Of a DNA stretch of 64,000 nt, positions 30,513 through 41,180 are shown piece by piece; the first letter of the stretch is position 1, and every line of letters begins with the position of its first letter. Below the pieces are notes generated by a model. That model was not told where the DNA came from and ran no database searches. It saw nothing but the letters and a program-made list of their open reading frames with translations. This DNA comes from a candidate division FCPU426 bacterium. Lineage in GTDB: Bacteria; Oederibacteriota; Muellerivitia; Muellerivitales; Muellerivitaceae. The stretch lies in assembly GCA_963738405.1 (NCBI GenBank), contig CAVTWJ010000022.1, positions 1 through 64,000 on the forward strand, read 5' to 3'. Made by a program: the position numbers and the translations under genes.

Positions 30513-31979
30513 ATGACACAAACGCTAAAAAATAAAGCGGTTAGTGCCTCAATATGGAGTGCAATAGATATCTTTGCCCGTCAGGGTGTCCAATTCATAA
30601 TCACGCTCATTTTGGCGCGTCTGCTGACCCCCACCGATTATGGTACCGTGGGACTTCTCTCCATTTTCATTGGCCTTGCGGGTGTTTTCATCAACGCGGG
30701 GTTTACCTCAGCTTTAATCCAACGCAAGGAAATAAACGATGTCGATCTTTCCTCCGTCTTTTACTTCAATATAGGCATATCCTTCTTCTTAAGTGTTCTT
30801 TTATGCGTTTTAGCTCCTTGGATTGCCGTTTTTTATGGGCTCCCTGTCCTGACCCCTCTCACCCGCCTATTAGCTCTTTCCCTTTTCATTGGGGCTTTTG
30901 GGACCGTACAAACCACCCTCATGACAAAGTCCCTTGATTTTCGAAAACAATGCATCGTGTCGCTCACGTCCGTAGTTTCATCCGGCACCATTGCCATTTA
31001 TTTAGCTTTTCATAATTACGGTGTATGGAGTTTAGTGTTATCCAATCTTTTCGCTACCTTTGCGACAACCTGTCTTCTTTGGTTTATCAATTCTTGGCGG
31101 CCGCATTTTGTCTTTTCGATAACAGCGATTCGTTCTCTATTTAAATTTGGTAGTTTCATCCTTGTGAGCAATTTGTCCGATATGCTCTATACCCGATTAA
31201 ACACATTGGTCATAGGTAAATTCTATTCCCCTAAAGATCTCGGATTTTACTCACGGGCCGACGGCACCCAACAACTTCCGGCAACCCTGTTGACAGGGGT
31301 CATTAACCGAGTGGCTTTTCCTATATTTTCTTCGATTCATCAGGAGAAGAATCATCTTCAGTCCGGCCTGCGAAAAGCCATTGGACTCGTAATGTTAGTC
31401 AATATCCCTGTCATGTTGGGTTTGGCTATCACCTCTAAATTGGTGGTCCTGGTCCTTTTTGGCGATAAATGGCTTCCATGCGTGCCTTACTTGCGTATCC
31501 TTTGCCTAGGCGGTCTCTTGTGGCCCATTCACGTCCTGAACCTTAACATTCTCGTCGCCCAAGGACATTCAAACCTTTTTTTCAAGTTGGAAGTAATTAA
31601 AAAAATAATCGGTATAACATTTCTTTGTATTGCGTGTTTTTTTGGCATCATTGCAATGGCATGGAGTATCGTTTTAACAAGCGTCATCGGTTTTGGCATC
31701 AATACCCATTACAGCGGTTTATTTCTCGGCTATGGTTCTCTTCGACAAATCACTGATTTGATTCCCTATTTTTTGGCGGGATTGGTAATGGCGGTATGTG
31801 TTTGGGGTGCAGGTTTGCTTTCCATTCATATTCCTTTTGTTCTCCTGACTATTCAGGTTTTTACAGGAGGGATTGTTTACTTTATTTTTTGTTATTTTCT
31901 TAAGCTTGCGGCCTTTACCGAGGCACTCAATATTTTAGGGTCCCGCTTTCAAGACAAATTTCCATTCGGTCCAAAATGA
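30513..31979 (+). CDS. wzx: Flippase (WzxC-like)
   Basis: LARLLTPTDYG, ALIQ, GVWSLV, LGFYSRA, LFGDKW; many TM segments. Confidence 0.9.
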   Translation: MTQTLKNKAVSASIWSAIDIFARQGVQFIITLILARLLTPTDYGTVGLLSIFIGLAGVFINAGFTSALIQRKEINDVDLSSVFYFNIGISFFLSVLLCVLAPWIAVFYGLPVLTPLTRLLALSLFIGAFGTVQTTLMTKSLDFRKQCIVSLTSVVSSGTIAIYLAFHNYGVWSLVLSNLFATFATTCLLWFINSWRPHFVFSITAIRSLFKFGSFILVSNLSDMLYTRLNTLVIGKFYSPKDLGFYSRADGTQQLPATLLTGVINRVAFPIFSSIHQEKNHLQSGLRKAIGLVMLVNIPVMLGLAITSKLVVLVLFGDKWLPCVPYLRILCLGGLLWPIHVLNLNILVAQGHSNLFFKLEVIKKIIGITFLCIACFFGIIAMAWSIVLTSVIGFGINTHYSGLFLGYGSLRQITDLIPYFLAGLVMAVCVWGAGLLSIHIPFVLLTIQVFTGGIVYFIFCYFLKLAAFTEALNILGSRFQDKFPFGPK

Positions 31980-32953
31980 TTAAGTCATCGCTAATACAAA
32001 ATGATTTTTCCAAAAAGCGCGCGCATGAAATCATGGTCAGTATTATCTGTTTCGCTTATAACCACGAAAAATATATCGTCCAAACCATTGAGGGTTTTTT
32101 ATCCCAAAAAACAGACTTTAAAATAGAAATCATCGTTCATGACGACGCGTCAGTCGATAGAACTGCCGAAATCATTCACGGTTATGAAAAAAGATATCCC
32201 GATATTTTCAGATGTATTTTCCAAAAGGAGAACCAATTTTCGAAATGCCCAAATTCAATGGTAGGCATAACCTTCAATAAAGCCCGTGGAAAATATGTCG
32301 CGTTATGCGAGGGGGATGATTTTTGGACGGATCCGCTTAAATTACATAAGCAAATCGCTTTTTTGGAAACAAATCCCGCTTATTCACTTTGTTTTCATCC
32401 TGCAAGTATTTTTTTCGAAGGAACCCCCGCAGTTCCCGAGGCCGGGCCTAAATTTCTTGGCCCTAAAATCATTAAAACGGCTTATACACTGAATGACCTT
32501 CTGCGTTACACAAATTTTATACCCACCAGCAGTGTTGTTTTTAGGACTTGGGAGGGTTTCAACAGTTTTCCAGAATGGTTTTATCAGGCTAAAATCGGTG
32601 ATTTTATCCTATCCTTGAGAATCGCGCAAAAAGGGAAACTGAAATTTTTAAACGAACCGATGTCAACTTACCGGATTCATTCCAATGGACTATGGTCAAG
32701 CACGAATACTTATGAACGATTAGTCATCTTTTCCGAATTATACCGATTATTCCGACCGCAAATCTCGTTGCAGCAATTCCCCTTTTATTCAATAGGCCTT
32801 TCCAATATATATTTCAACTTATACAACCAAGGGTTGAAAAGGGGCTTCCTATTCAAATCCTATTTAAATTTGTTAAAAGCATTTTATTTTTCATTCCCTT
32901 TTAATACCATTAACTTAATTTTTAGGTTAATCAGACAAATCTTCAAACATTAA
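31976..32953 (+). CDS. Glycosyltransferase family 2
   Basis: YNHEKYI, HDDASVD, ARGKYVALCEGDDFW, YRIH. Confidence 0.9.
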   Translation: MIKSSLIQNDFSKKRAHEIMVSIICFAYNHEKYIVQTIEGFLSQKTDFKIEIIVHDDASVDRTAEIIHGYEKRYPDIFRCIFQKENQFSKCPNSMVGITFNKARGKYVALCEGDDFWTDPLKLHKQIAFLETNPAYSLCFHPASIFFEGTPAVPEAGPKFLGPKIIKTAYTLNDLLRYTNFIPTSSVVFRTWEGFNSFPEWFYQAKIGDFILSLRIAQKGKLKFLNEPMSTYRIHSNGLWSSTNTYERLVIFSELYRLFRPQISLQQFPFYSIGLSNIYFNLYNQGLKRGFLFKSYLNLLKAFYFSFPFNTINLIFRLIRQIFKH

Positions 32954-33080
32954 GAGATTTATCTGCAAATTCATCACCCTTTTCAGAATATAATTTTAAT
33001 GAGTTTTTGTTTGTCTGACCGCTTTGTCGATCAATTAAAGATCCTCAAAATACCCATTTCATTCTATTTAGAATACTACT

Positions 33081-33350
33081 GTGAAAATAAAATCCACTTT
33101 CAAAGAAGAAGTTTCCATTGTCGTTCTAAATTGGAACAGCCGGGAGAAAACCATTGATTGTATTAAATCAATCGGAACGGAAACACTTTTTTACAGAGGG
33201 ATGATCCCCAAACCTATTGCCAAACCATTTTAGATCTGTTGTCAAACCCAACCTATTACGAAAGATTGTCTTTGTCTTCTTTCAACGAATACACCGAGCG
33301 ATTAAACTGATTCTCAGCAGGAAATGGGTTCGTGATTTAATCAAGGAATT
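33081..33350 (+). pseudogene. Fused remnant: GT2 N-terminus joined to GT4 C-terminus
   Basis: EVSIVVLNWNSREKTIDCIKSI, then in another frame NGNTF..DDPQTY...LSLSSFNEYTERLN*. Confidence 0.65.
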
Positions 33351-33408
33351 CAACCGCTGAGAATTAAGCTATGTATCCTCACTGGTTGCTTCAATTGCTT
33401 CACCGACA

Positions 33409-34401
33409 ATGTGTTTGATCGATCGGTTTAAAGGTTTCCCATTGAAGGAAAAGATCCGAATGAGTTTTCAAGACAAAATAATCGCCTATACCTCGCGGAC
33501 AGCCAAAAAAATGTCCTTCCAGGACCGGGCACTCAACTACGCCTGGTGGAAATGGAAGCATTTCAGGGATGGTTTGGATGACCAACTAGCCCCGGCCAAG
33601 GCCGGGTTTTCCAAAAATGGGATAAGGGCCTATTGGTATCGGGACATCAAAAATTTCGGGGACCTGTTAACTCCGTTCCTATTGAAGCATTACGGCTACG
33701 AACCCGTCTTCTCCTCGCCCTCAAAAGCATCGTTCGTATCAACCGGAAGCAACCTGGATATTTTCCCGAATGACTTTCAGGGCCTGATTTTAGGCTCAGG
33801 ATTTATTGACGAAAATTCCGACCGCTTATTTCCCCAGGCTTCCATCTTGGCTGTCCGGGGCTTGCTGACCCGAAAAAAATTGAAGCGGGGGAAAGAAGTC
33901 AAGCTGGGTGATCCGGGCTTGCTCATTTCCACCCTATTGCCGAAAAAAGAGGGGAAGATCTTCAAGGTGGGCATCCTTCCCCATTACGCTGAAAAAAAAG
34001 ATCCGAAATACCTGCGACTTTCCCAATCCCTTGAGAAACAAATAAAAATCATCGATGTTCAACAAGAGCCCCAACGGGTCCTGACGCTGATCGCTCAATG
34101 CCAAACCATCCTGTCCTCCTCCCTTCACGGGTTGATCGCGGCCGATTCCCTGCACATACCTTCCCGGTGGGTAGGCTCTCAAAATCTTTTGGGGGGGCGT
34201 TTTAAATTTGATGATTACTATTCCTCCCTTTCCCTGCGAGAAAAACCTTTAGTTCTAACCGGAAACGAGACCCTCCCGGAACTGACGGCTTTTTGCAAAA
34301 AAAAACCCGAGGGCAAAATCGAGAAGATGAAGGAAGAACTCGACCGTTTGTGGCGTTCCCTTTCCAGGGAACGAAACCGCCGCCCCAACCGAGGTTCCTG
34401 A
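33409..34401 (+). CDS. Polysaccharide pyruvyl transferase family protein
   Basis: NFGDLL, AVRG, LGDPGLL, GILPHY, SSSLHGLI.ADS, FKFDDYY. Confidence 0.85.
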   Translation: MCLIDRFKGFPLKEKIRMSFQDKIIAYTSRTAKKMSFQDRALNYAWWKWKHFRDGLDDQLAPAKAGFSKNGIRAYWYRDIKNFGDLLTPFLLKHYGYEPVFSSPSKASFVSTGSNLDIFPNDFQGLILGSGFIDENSDRLFPQASILAVRGLLTRKKLKRGKEVKLGDPGLLISTLLPKKEGKIFKVGILPHYAEKKDPKYLRLSQSLEKQIKIIDVQQEPQRVLTLIAQCQTILSSSLHGLIAADSLHIPSRWVGSQNLLGGRFKFDDYYSSLSLREKPLVLTGNETLPELTAFCKKKPEGKIEKMKEELDRLWRSLSRERNRRPNRGS

Positions 34402-34405
34402 ACCT

Positions 34406-35563
34406 ATGAAATTTCTATTCGTGGACAGGGTGGGAGCCAAATCCATTTGGTCGATCATCGGGCACATCGCCGTCCGACTGATTCAGGATGGCCATTCGGT
34501 CATTTACGTTAATTTCGACGATGGTAATCAGGCCTATACCCAAGAGGTCCCGGAAGGCGTTGATTTTTTTACGGTTAAAGTCCGGCCCAAAAAGTGGGTC
34601 GGCGACTTGATCCCCCAGCACTTGGCCTTTATTCGGGAGTTCCGCTCCCTGTTGCGAAGGTTAAAACCCGACTTTGTTCATACGAATTTCGCGGTACCGG
34701 CCATCGCGGCGCGGTGGGTTGCGGCAAAAGAAAAGGTGCCCTGGGTCGTCTCGACCCAGCACGAAACCTATGGTTCCATGAGTTTCCATTACCGTTGGGG
34801 TCTGCGGGCGACCGAACACCTCTGCTCCGCCATGGTCTACGTTTCCCACACGGTCGCGCGGAGTTTTGGGCGAAAAGCCGGGACAATGCAAAACACGGAT
34901 TTCAAAAGGCGCCCCATCCACGCGGTGATCCCCAACGGTATTGACGTAAAAGACCTTCGAAAAGCCGTCGCCGACGCCTCCCCCAGGATGAAGAGAAAGC
35001 TCGTTTGCGCGGGCCGGATGGTTCCCATCAAGGGGCAGGACGTGTTATTAAGGGCGATTCATCTGGTGGTGCCTGTTTTTCCCGACCTAAAGCTGTCGCT
35101 CATCGGCGGCGGGCCCGAGGAAAAACGCCTGCGGGAATTAGCCATGAAACTGGGTCTCGAAAGCCATGTTGAATTCACGGGCTGGCTCCCCCACTACGAC
35201 CAGGTGCTCCGTGAGATGGCATCGGCGGAATTGGTGGTCGTACCCAGCATGAACCTTCCCGGCATAACCCTTCACGAAGGCTTCGGTCTCGTGGTCGCCG
35301 AGGCGGTTCTTTGCGGAACCGCTTTTTTGGTGAGTGACATCCCCGTCTTCCACGAGGTTCTGGACCCATTTCAAGGGCGTGGACTTTTTTTCAAGGAAGG
35401 CGATCCGACGGCACTGGCCGGGGCCTTGAAAGAAATTTTTTCAGGAAAAAACCCGTTGGATTTCCCCCTAAAGCCCTTAACCGCGGAAGAGGAATCACGG
35501 CTTTCGTCCGAATCCATGGCGGAGGGTTATTTGCGCCTGTACCGTGAATTAGCCCCCAAGTGA
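34406..35563 (+). CDS. Glycosyltransferase family 4
   Basis: VIPNGID, GRMVPIKG, EGFGLVVAEA. Confidence 0.9.
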   Translation: MKFLFVDRVGAKSIWSIIGHIAVRLIQDGHSVIYVNFDDGNQAYTQEVPEGVDFFTVKVRPKKWVGDLIPQHLAFIREFRSLLRRLKPDFVHTNFAVPAIAARWVAAKEKVPWVVSTQHETYGSMSFHYRWGLRATEHLCSAMVYVSHTVARSFGRKAGTMQNTDFKRRPIHAVIPNGIDVKDLRKAVADASPRMKRKLVCAGRMVPIKGQDVLLRAIHLVVPVFPDLKLSLIGGGPEEKRLRELAMKLGLESHVEFTGWLPHYDQVLREMASAELVVVPSMNLPGITLHEGFGLVVAEAVLCGTAFLVSDIPVFHEVLDPFQGRGLFFKEGDPTALAGALKEIFSGKNPLDFPLKPLTAEEESRLSSESMAEGYLRLYRELAPK

Positions 35564-35605
35564 AGGTATGATCAACTCGAAAATGAATAGTCAAGGCCCC
35601 TCCCT

Positions 35606-36421
35606 ATGACGCATCCCAAAATCACCTCCATCATCACCGTTTACAACGGTGAAAAAACGATCAATAGGGCGGTCCAAAGCCTTTTAAGCCAGACCGAAAA
35701 GAACATTGAGGTTCTGGTGGTCAACGACGGCTCCACCGACGGAACCGGTAACATCCTTCAAGGTTTCACGGACCTCCGGCTGAGGGTCATGGGCCTTCCC
35801 CGAACCGGGCGGGCGGGCGCCCTGGCCCGCGCCTGCCGGGAAGCCAAGGGGCTTTATATCGCCAACCTCGACGCGGATGATTTCAGCCATCCCGAAAGGC
35901 TGGAAAAACAAACCGCCTTTCTCGACGCCCACCCGGATTATGCCTGGGTAGGAACCGGCGAAGAACAAGAGGATGACCGGCGGAATGAGCACCTTCGGCG
36001 CACTTACCCTTTGGAAAACGATGAAATCCGGCGTCAATCCGCCAAATGTATCCCCTATTGCCATAGTTCCATCATGTTTCGAAAGAGTCTCATAAGCGAA
36101 GGCATCAATTACGACCCTTCACAACCCTTCCTGATTGATTTTGAGTTTTTCCTGAGAGTCGCTTCACGGAATAAAGTGGCTAACCTTCCAGAAATACTGG
36201 TGAAACGCTACGTAAGCGGGGAAAGCTATTTCCAGCGCACCTTCAAGACCTCCCGCCAAAACAGAAGACTGGCATGGCTCTGCGCGACCTCCGTGGGCCG
36301 TTTACACCTGCCCATTCATTTCTATATCTACCCCCTGGCGCGTCTGTTATATCCCCTCATGTCAAACCGACTGAAGCGTTGGATCCGCAATCACCAAGGG
36401 TTAAGGGAATCCGGTGTTTAA
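35606..36421 (+). CDS. Glycosyltransferase family 2
   Basis: VYNGE, VNDGSTD, LDADD, RLEKQ. Confidence 0.9.
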   Translation: MTHPKITSIITVYNGEKTINRAVQSLLSQTEKNIEVLVVNDGSTDGTGNILQGFTDLRLRVMGLPRTGRAGALARACREAKGLYIANLDADDFSHPERLEKQTAFLDAHPDYAWVGTGEEQEDDRRNEHLRRTYPLENDEIRRQSAKCIPYCHSSIMFRKSLISEGINYDPSQPFLIDFEFFLRVASRNKVANLPEILVKRYVSGESYFQRTFKTSRQNRRLAWLCATSVGRLHLPIHFYIYPLARLLYPLMSNRLKRWIRNHQGLRESGV

Positions 36422-37796
36422 TATATTCCATGACAATATCGCTTGGGTGTTTCTGGCTGCTGGCCCTGTTTTATTATTATTGATCATTCAAATATTTAGC
36501 ATCCCCGAAAGGGGGCTCTACCTAACTTTTTTCGCCACGGGCATCCTGATTACACCCCACCTTCCCATCCTGCGGAATAAATTCACAGCAGTTGAAATCA
36601 TCATGGGCTTGACCTGGCTCGCATTATTGTCCCGTCCCCATGAAGCCCGCAAATCCCCGCCCCTCACAAAAGTCCAAACCAACGCTTTATTTTGGGGCGG
36701 CCTTTTCATTACTTGGACCATCCTTTCTTTTTCGATCAATGGCATTTACCATCCGGAAACATTTATCGGCAGTATTGTTGAAACCATCAATTTTGTTTAT
36801 GGATATTTGATGTTCGTAACCGTCATTTTGATGGCACGGGATTGGGGGCGTTGGGAAAACTGCCTGAAGGGTTGGCTTTGGGGAGCCGTGGTGGTTAGCT
36901 TTTTCGGCGTATTGGCCTTATCCGGCCACGGTCCGAAATGGTCCTATGATGAATTTTCACACAGAATTTGCTCAACCTTACGCACGGATAATCAAGTTCC
37001 TTCATTTCTTTTACCAACTTTTACAGTTCTGGTTTTCATGATTGTTGAAAGGGAAAGAAAACCTTTTGAAAAATGGTTCTTAACAGCACTTTTAATTTGT
37101 GTCTTTTTAACATCCATTGGTTCCGGAAGTCGAACCGCGTTCCTGATGCTTATCGTCACTATCATCGGGATTTTGTATGTCGCATTTCGCGATTCACAAT
37201 ACAAGGCTTTCTCCACAAAACGTTTTGTCAAAATCTCGTTTTTCCTTTTTATCGGATTCCTTTTTTACATCTTCCTCGCTTTGGTGAATTATCAGGACGA
37301 CTATGCCTTGGGGCGTACCCCGTCTTGGCAGAGGCCCGTCGTGACGCTATATGATTGGGTTCGCGGTAAAGCTGATTTGGACGATAACCGAACAGAACAA
37401 CTTAAGTTTGTTTCTGAAAACATCAATGACAACCTGGTATTAGGGTCAGGCCCTAAAAATTATGGTGAAGAATACGATGTCCAGGAAATCCATAACACCT
37501 ACGCGGGCGTTCTTTTTCAAATGGGCGTACCAGGCCTGTTTCTTTTTTTAACTTGGCTGTTCATCGTTGTCCATACCGGCTGGTTGGCCAGCAAAAGAAT
37601 CCAAATACCTCATCAACGCTTGATGGTTATATCCATGGTGGTGGGAATGATTCTTTTGTTGTTATACAGCATGACCATGTTTGGTTTGAGGCAAAGAAAT
37701 ATCTGGTTATTAGCAGGACTGTTGGTGGCAAGCGATAGTTTCATTCCAAGGCGAACGGGGCAAATGAACCAAAGGATAGGGTCCCGTGAATTATGA
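36414..37796 (+). CDS. wzy: O-antigen ligase/polymerase family membrane protein
   Basis: Multi-TM; SGSRTA, G.G and HNTY...G..G motifs of Wzy_C. Confidence 0.8.
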   Translation: MFNIFHDNIAWVFLAAGPVLLLLIIQIFSIPERGLYLTFFATGILITPHLPILRNKFTAVEIIMGLTWLALLSRPHEARKSPPLTKVQTNALFWGGLFITWTILSFSINGIYHPETFIGSIVETINFVYGYLMFVTVILMARDWGRWENCLKGWLWGAVVVSFFGVLALSGHGPKWSYDEFSHRICSTLRTDNQVPSFLLPTFTVLVFMIVERERKPFEKWFLTALLICVFLTSIGSGSRTAFLMLIVTIIGILYVAFRDSQYKAFSTKRFVKISFFLFIGFLFYIFLALVNYQDDYALGRTPSWQRPVVTLYDWVRGKADLDDNRTEQLKFVSENINDNLVLGSGPKNYGEEYDVQEIHNTYAGVLFQMGVPGLFLFLTWLFIVVHTGWLASKRIQIPHQRLMVISMVVGMILLLLYSMTMFGLRQRNIWLLAGLLVASDSFIPRRTGQMNQRIGSREL

Positions 37797-38859
37797 AAGT
37801 CTATTTCCTAATCCCTATAGAAGCGGCATGAAAACCAAACCTTCCCACAAAAGCAACTTTACCGTCGTGGTATTAAATTGGAACGCTTGGAAAACCACGA
37901 TCCGTTGCTTGGACTCTTTGACCCATTCCAGACAAACCCACTTCGATATCCTTGTGATCGATAACGGATCAACGGATCAGTCGGCGCCTCGGCTGAGAAG
38001 ATACCTCGCCCGTTTAAAATCGGCCCCTTCCGCTAAACCCGGCCCCATCCCATTTCAGTACCAATTCAAGGATGTCATCACCAAGGGGACCTTTGAAACC
38101 ATAGGCCGCAACACATTGATGTGTTGCGATTCCAATTATGGTTTCACGGGGGGGTGTAACGCCGGAATTCATTTCGCCCTCGAACAAAAAACCAAAACCT
38201 TGTTACTTTTAAACAACGACGCCACGATGGAGACCCCATCCGTCCTCTTGCTGAAGGACGTGATGAAAAATTCAGACTCTTCGATCGTGGGGGCCCAAAT
38301 CGCGGATTTAAAAACCAAAGCCATCACTTTTTCAAAGCGCCTCTGGCCGCAATTGTTATTTAAAAACATTCTTCATCAAGACCGGCCATCCCGCGCCGAT
38401 ACCGAGAACGAGTACTGGCGATCGGATTCTATCACGGGTTGCGCGATGCTCATCGATAGCGGACTTTTAAAACAACGCTTTATAGACGAGGGCTATTATC
38501 TGGACCCCTCTTTCTTTATGTATTGCGAGGATATTGATCTATGCCTATACGCCAAATCGGTGGATAAAACCTGCGTGGTCGCCCGGGATGTCGTGGTTCT
38601 TCACGAAACGCAAAAAAGCCCCCATGGCCAGCTGAGGGCCTTGTATTACTCCTATCGAAACGCCATACGGCTTTTTCGAAAATGGATGCCGGCGCCCCTA
38701 TACGCCCTTTATGTCATCTACCGTGTTCTGCTTCTCTCCCTCGTTTACACTCGCCGTTTTTTTCGAGAAGGGTTTAAAATGGCCCCGTTTCTCAAAATCG
38801 CCCTCACCGCCCACTTGGACGCCTTGAGAGGCAAGTTTGGAAAATGGAAGAATCACTAA
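37786..38859 (+). CDS. Glycosyltransferase family 2
   Basis: VVLNWN, IDNGSTD, NYGFTGGCN, LLNND, FFMYCEDID. Confidence 0.9.
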   Translation: MNYESLFPNPYRSGMKTKPSHKSNFTVVVLNWNAWKTTIRCLDSLTHSRQTHFDILVIDNGSTDQSAPRLRRYLARLKSAPSAKPGPIPFQYQFKDVITKGTFETIGRNTLMCCDSNYGFTGGCNAGIHFALEQKTKTLLLLNNDATMETPSVLLLKDVMKNSDSSIVGAQIADLKTKAITFSKRLWPQLLFKNILHQDRPSRADTENEYWRSDSITGCAMLIDSGLLKQRFIDEGYYLDPSFFMYCEDIDLCLYAKSVDKTCVVARDVVVLHETQKSPHGQLRALYYSYRNAIRLFRKWMPAPLYALYVIYRVLLLSLVYTRRFFREGFKMAPFLKIALTAHLDALRGKFGKWKNH

Positions 38860-38870
38860 TCAGGGGTTTT

Positions 38871-39953
38871 ATGAAATACACCGTCATCTTATTGACCGCG
38901 ATCGTGACATTAAGCGTCGGATTGTTCCGCCCTTTTTATAATCCCGATCTGATCCAATATGTCGCCGCCGCTTACCAGCGGTCCGGCGTCACCGATCCGC
39001 AAGAATTGAGCGAAAAGACTTTCGAAACCCTGAAAATCAACGTCCGTCCTAAACAATTCGACGAATTGACCGAATCAAGCGACATCCGAAAGAACGCGTT
39101 TCATGATCCTTCCTACCTAATAAAACTTATCCCCTTTTTCTCGGTGAAAATCGGCTATGTTTATTTAATCTATTGGTCCGGCCTCTTATTCAACTGCGAT
39201 TACATTCGAGCGGCCATTTTCATCAGCGCGATATTCGCGGGTCTCTCCGCCTACATTTTCGGCCTTTTGCTTATAAAAAACGGTATCAGCGCCTACCTCT
39301 TACCCCTCGGGGTTTTATTGATCGGTTACCTGGACTTGGCTTCCCTCGCCACGCCCGATTCCGCCGCATGCTTTTTTGCCCTCACAGGCACCTATTTCAT
39401 TGATAAAAACAAAAACATAGCCACCCTCTGTTCCATCGCGCAACCTTTATTCAGGCCGGATTTAATCGTCATCTCACTTATGCTGATGGCCTACCAATAC
39501 TCCAAGGGCAACAAATTTTCTTCGATTCTTGGCGCCGTTCTTTCCATGGGCGTTTATATGTGTGTCATAAAATTTTCCGGGAATTACGGTTGGGCCACAC
39601 TGATCGACTTCGCCTTCGTTTCGCACAACATTAACCCGGCGGAGAGCTTGTTGGACCCGGGTCATTTTCTCTCGTTTTTGAGGGCCTACGCGATCCAGTA
39701 CTACAACATCGCCAGCCAGGGAAGCCTTCTTATCTATATCCTTGTTTTCTATCTCCACCTTAAACACAAGGCTCACAAAATAATCACGGGTGATGATTAT
39801 GTTTACCTATGGATTCCCCTTTGCTACATCGCGGTTCACCTGCTTTATTTCCCAAAATTTGAATTCCGTTATTTCACTTTTTCAACGACTCTTTTATTCA
39901 TCTGGTTTTTCACTACCATCCGCTCTTTAACGGCAGTTCGGCGCAAACCATGA
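38871..39953 (+). CDS. Integral membrane protein, possible GT-C-type polysaccharide modifier
   Basis: ~10 hydrophobic segments; N-terminal loop D..Y, TPD, RPD, C-terminal RYF pattern. Family not firmly recognised. Confidence 0.5.
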   Translation: MKYTVILLTAIVTLSVGLFRPFYNPDLIQYVAAAYQRSGVTDPQELSEKTFETLKINVRPKQFDELTESSDIRKNAFHDPSYLIKLIPFFSVKIGYVYLIYWSGLLFNCDYIRAAIFISAIFAGLSAYIFGLLLIKNGISAYLLPLGVLLIGYLDLASLATPDSAACFFALTGTYFIDKNKNIATLCSIAQPLFRPDLIVISLMLMAYQYSKGNKFSSILGAVLSMGVYMCVIKFSGNYGWATLIDFAFVSHNINPAESLLDPGHFLSFLRAYAIQYYNIASQGSLLIYILVFYLHLKHKAHKIITGDDYVYLWIPLCYIAVHLLYFPKFEFRYFTFSTTLLFIWFFTTIRSLTAVRRKP

Positions 39954-40037
39954 AAATTCACGAGCCGTCATTCCCATCCCGACCCGTGAAACAGGCCCTT
40001 CGACCGTTCACACCAGTTCTTTCATCGAGATAACCCC

Positions 40038-41180
40038 GTGAAAATCGCCTATGTGACAGATTCCGACGTCTCCGACATTCACTCCTGGTCCGGTTCAATC
40101 CATCACATCTATAAATCCCTCAAAGAATCCGGCTTTCATGTGACCCCCGTTGATAAGCTCAAAACCCTCAGTAAAAAAAATCCCTATTTTTATGGTAAAA
40201 GGATCGCCTACAAATATCTTTTGGGTAAAACCTATTCATCCAGCCGTGATCCCAGGGTATTGAAATCATACGCTCGACAAATCGAATCCCGGATCAGCCA
40301 TTCTAACTTTGACGTGATTTTCAGTCCCAACACGGGACTCGTCGCGTACTTAAATACGAAAATTCCCATTGTGATCTGGAACGACGCGACTTTTGCCGGT
40401 TTGGCCGAATATCATCCTTTCTTGCGAAATTTATGCCGGGAAACCTGCCAGGACAATCACATAACCGAACAAATGGCTTTTGATAAAGCCCGGCTGATCT
40501 TTTTAACTTCCGAGTGGGCCGTCAATTCGGCGTTGGATAACTATCATGTGGACAAAAACAAACTGGTTAAGGTTCCTTTCGGGGCGAACATGGACAGCAG
40601 GCTTGATTTGCGAAAGATAACCGCCAACCAGGGACGCAAAAACAAAAAATTGATGAGGCTCCTGTTTATCGGCACCTATTGGACCGAAAAGGGCGGGAAT
40701 ATCGCTTATGAGGCCTCAAGACTCATTCAAAAAAGAAATATCCAGGTGGAATTGCACGTGGTGGGGTGCCGCCCCCCGGTTCCTTTGCCGGACTGGGTCA
40801 AGGTTCATGGTTTCATCTCCAAAAGAACACCGGATGGCCGAAAAACATTGGATAATCTTTATCTCGCTTCCCATTTTTTAATCGTTCCTACCCGCGCGGA
40901 CGCCTTCGGGCTCGTTTTCGCCGAAGCTTGCGCCTATGGCCTGCCGTCTATCGGCACAAATACAGGCGGTGTATCCGAAATCATTAAAAACAATAGGAAT
41001 GGTTTCTTATTTGGGATGCAGGATCCCCCTGAAAGATACGCGGAATACATGCTGAAAATTTGGTCTTCTGAAAAAAAGCTTCTTTCTATGTCTCTACATG
41101 CCTTCGAAGAATATAAACGGCGGTTGAATTGGGCCGTCGCCAGCAGAACGGTAAAACGTCATCTGATGAGAAAACTTTAA
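40038..41180 (+). CDS. Glycosyltransferase family 4
   Basis: WSG, VPFGAN, KGG, PTRADAFGLVFAEA, GGV. Confidence 0.9.
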   Translation: MKIAYVTDSDVSDIHSWSGSIHHIYKSLKESGFHVTPVDKLKTLSKKNPYFYGKRIAYKYLLGKTYSSSRDPRVLKSYARQIESRISHSNFDVIFSPNTGLVAYLNTKIPIVIWNDATFAGLAEYHPFLRNLCRETCQDNHITEQMAFDKARLIFLTSEWAVNSALDNYHVDKNKLVKVPFGANMDSRLDLRKITANQGRKNKKLMRLLFIGTYWTEKGGNIAYEASRLIQKRNIQVELHVVGCRPPVPLPDWVKVHGFISKRTPDGRKTLDNLYLASHFLIVPTRADAFGLVFAEACAYGLPSIGTNTGGVSEIIKNNRNGFLFGMQDPPERYAEYMLKIWSSEKKLLSMSLHAFEEYKRRLNWAVASRTVKRHLMRKL

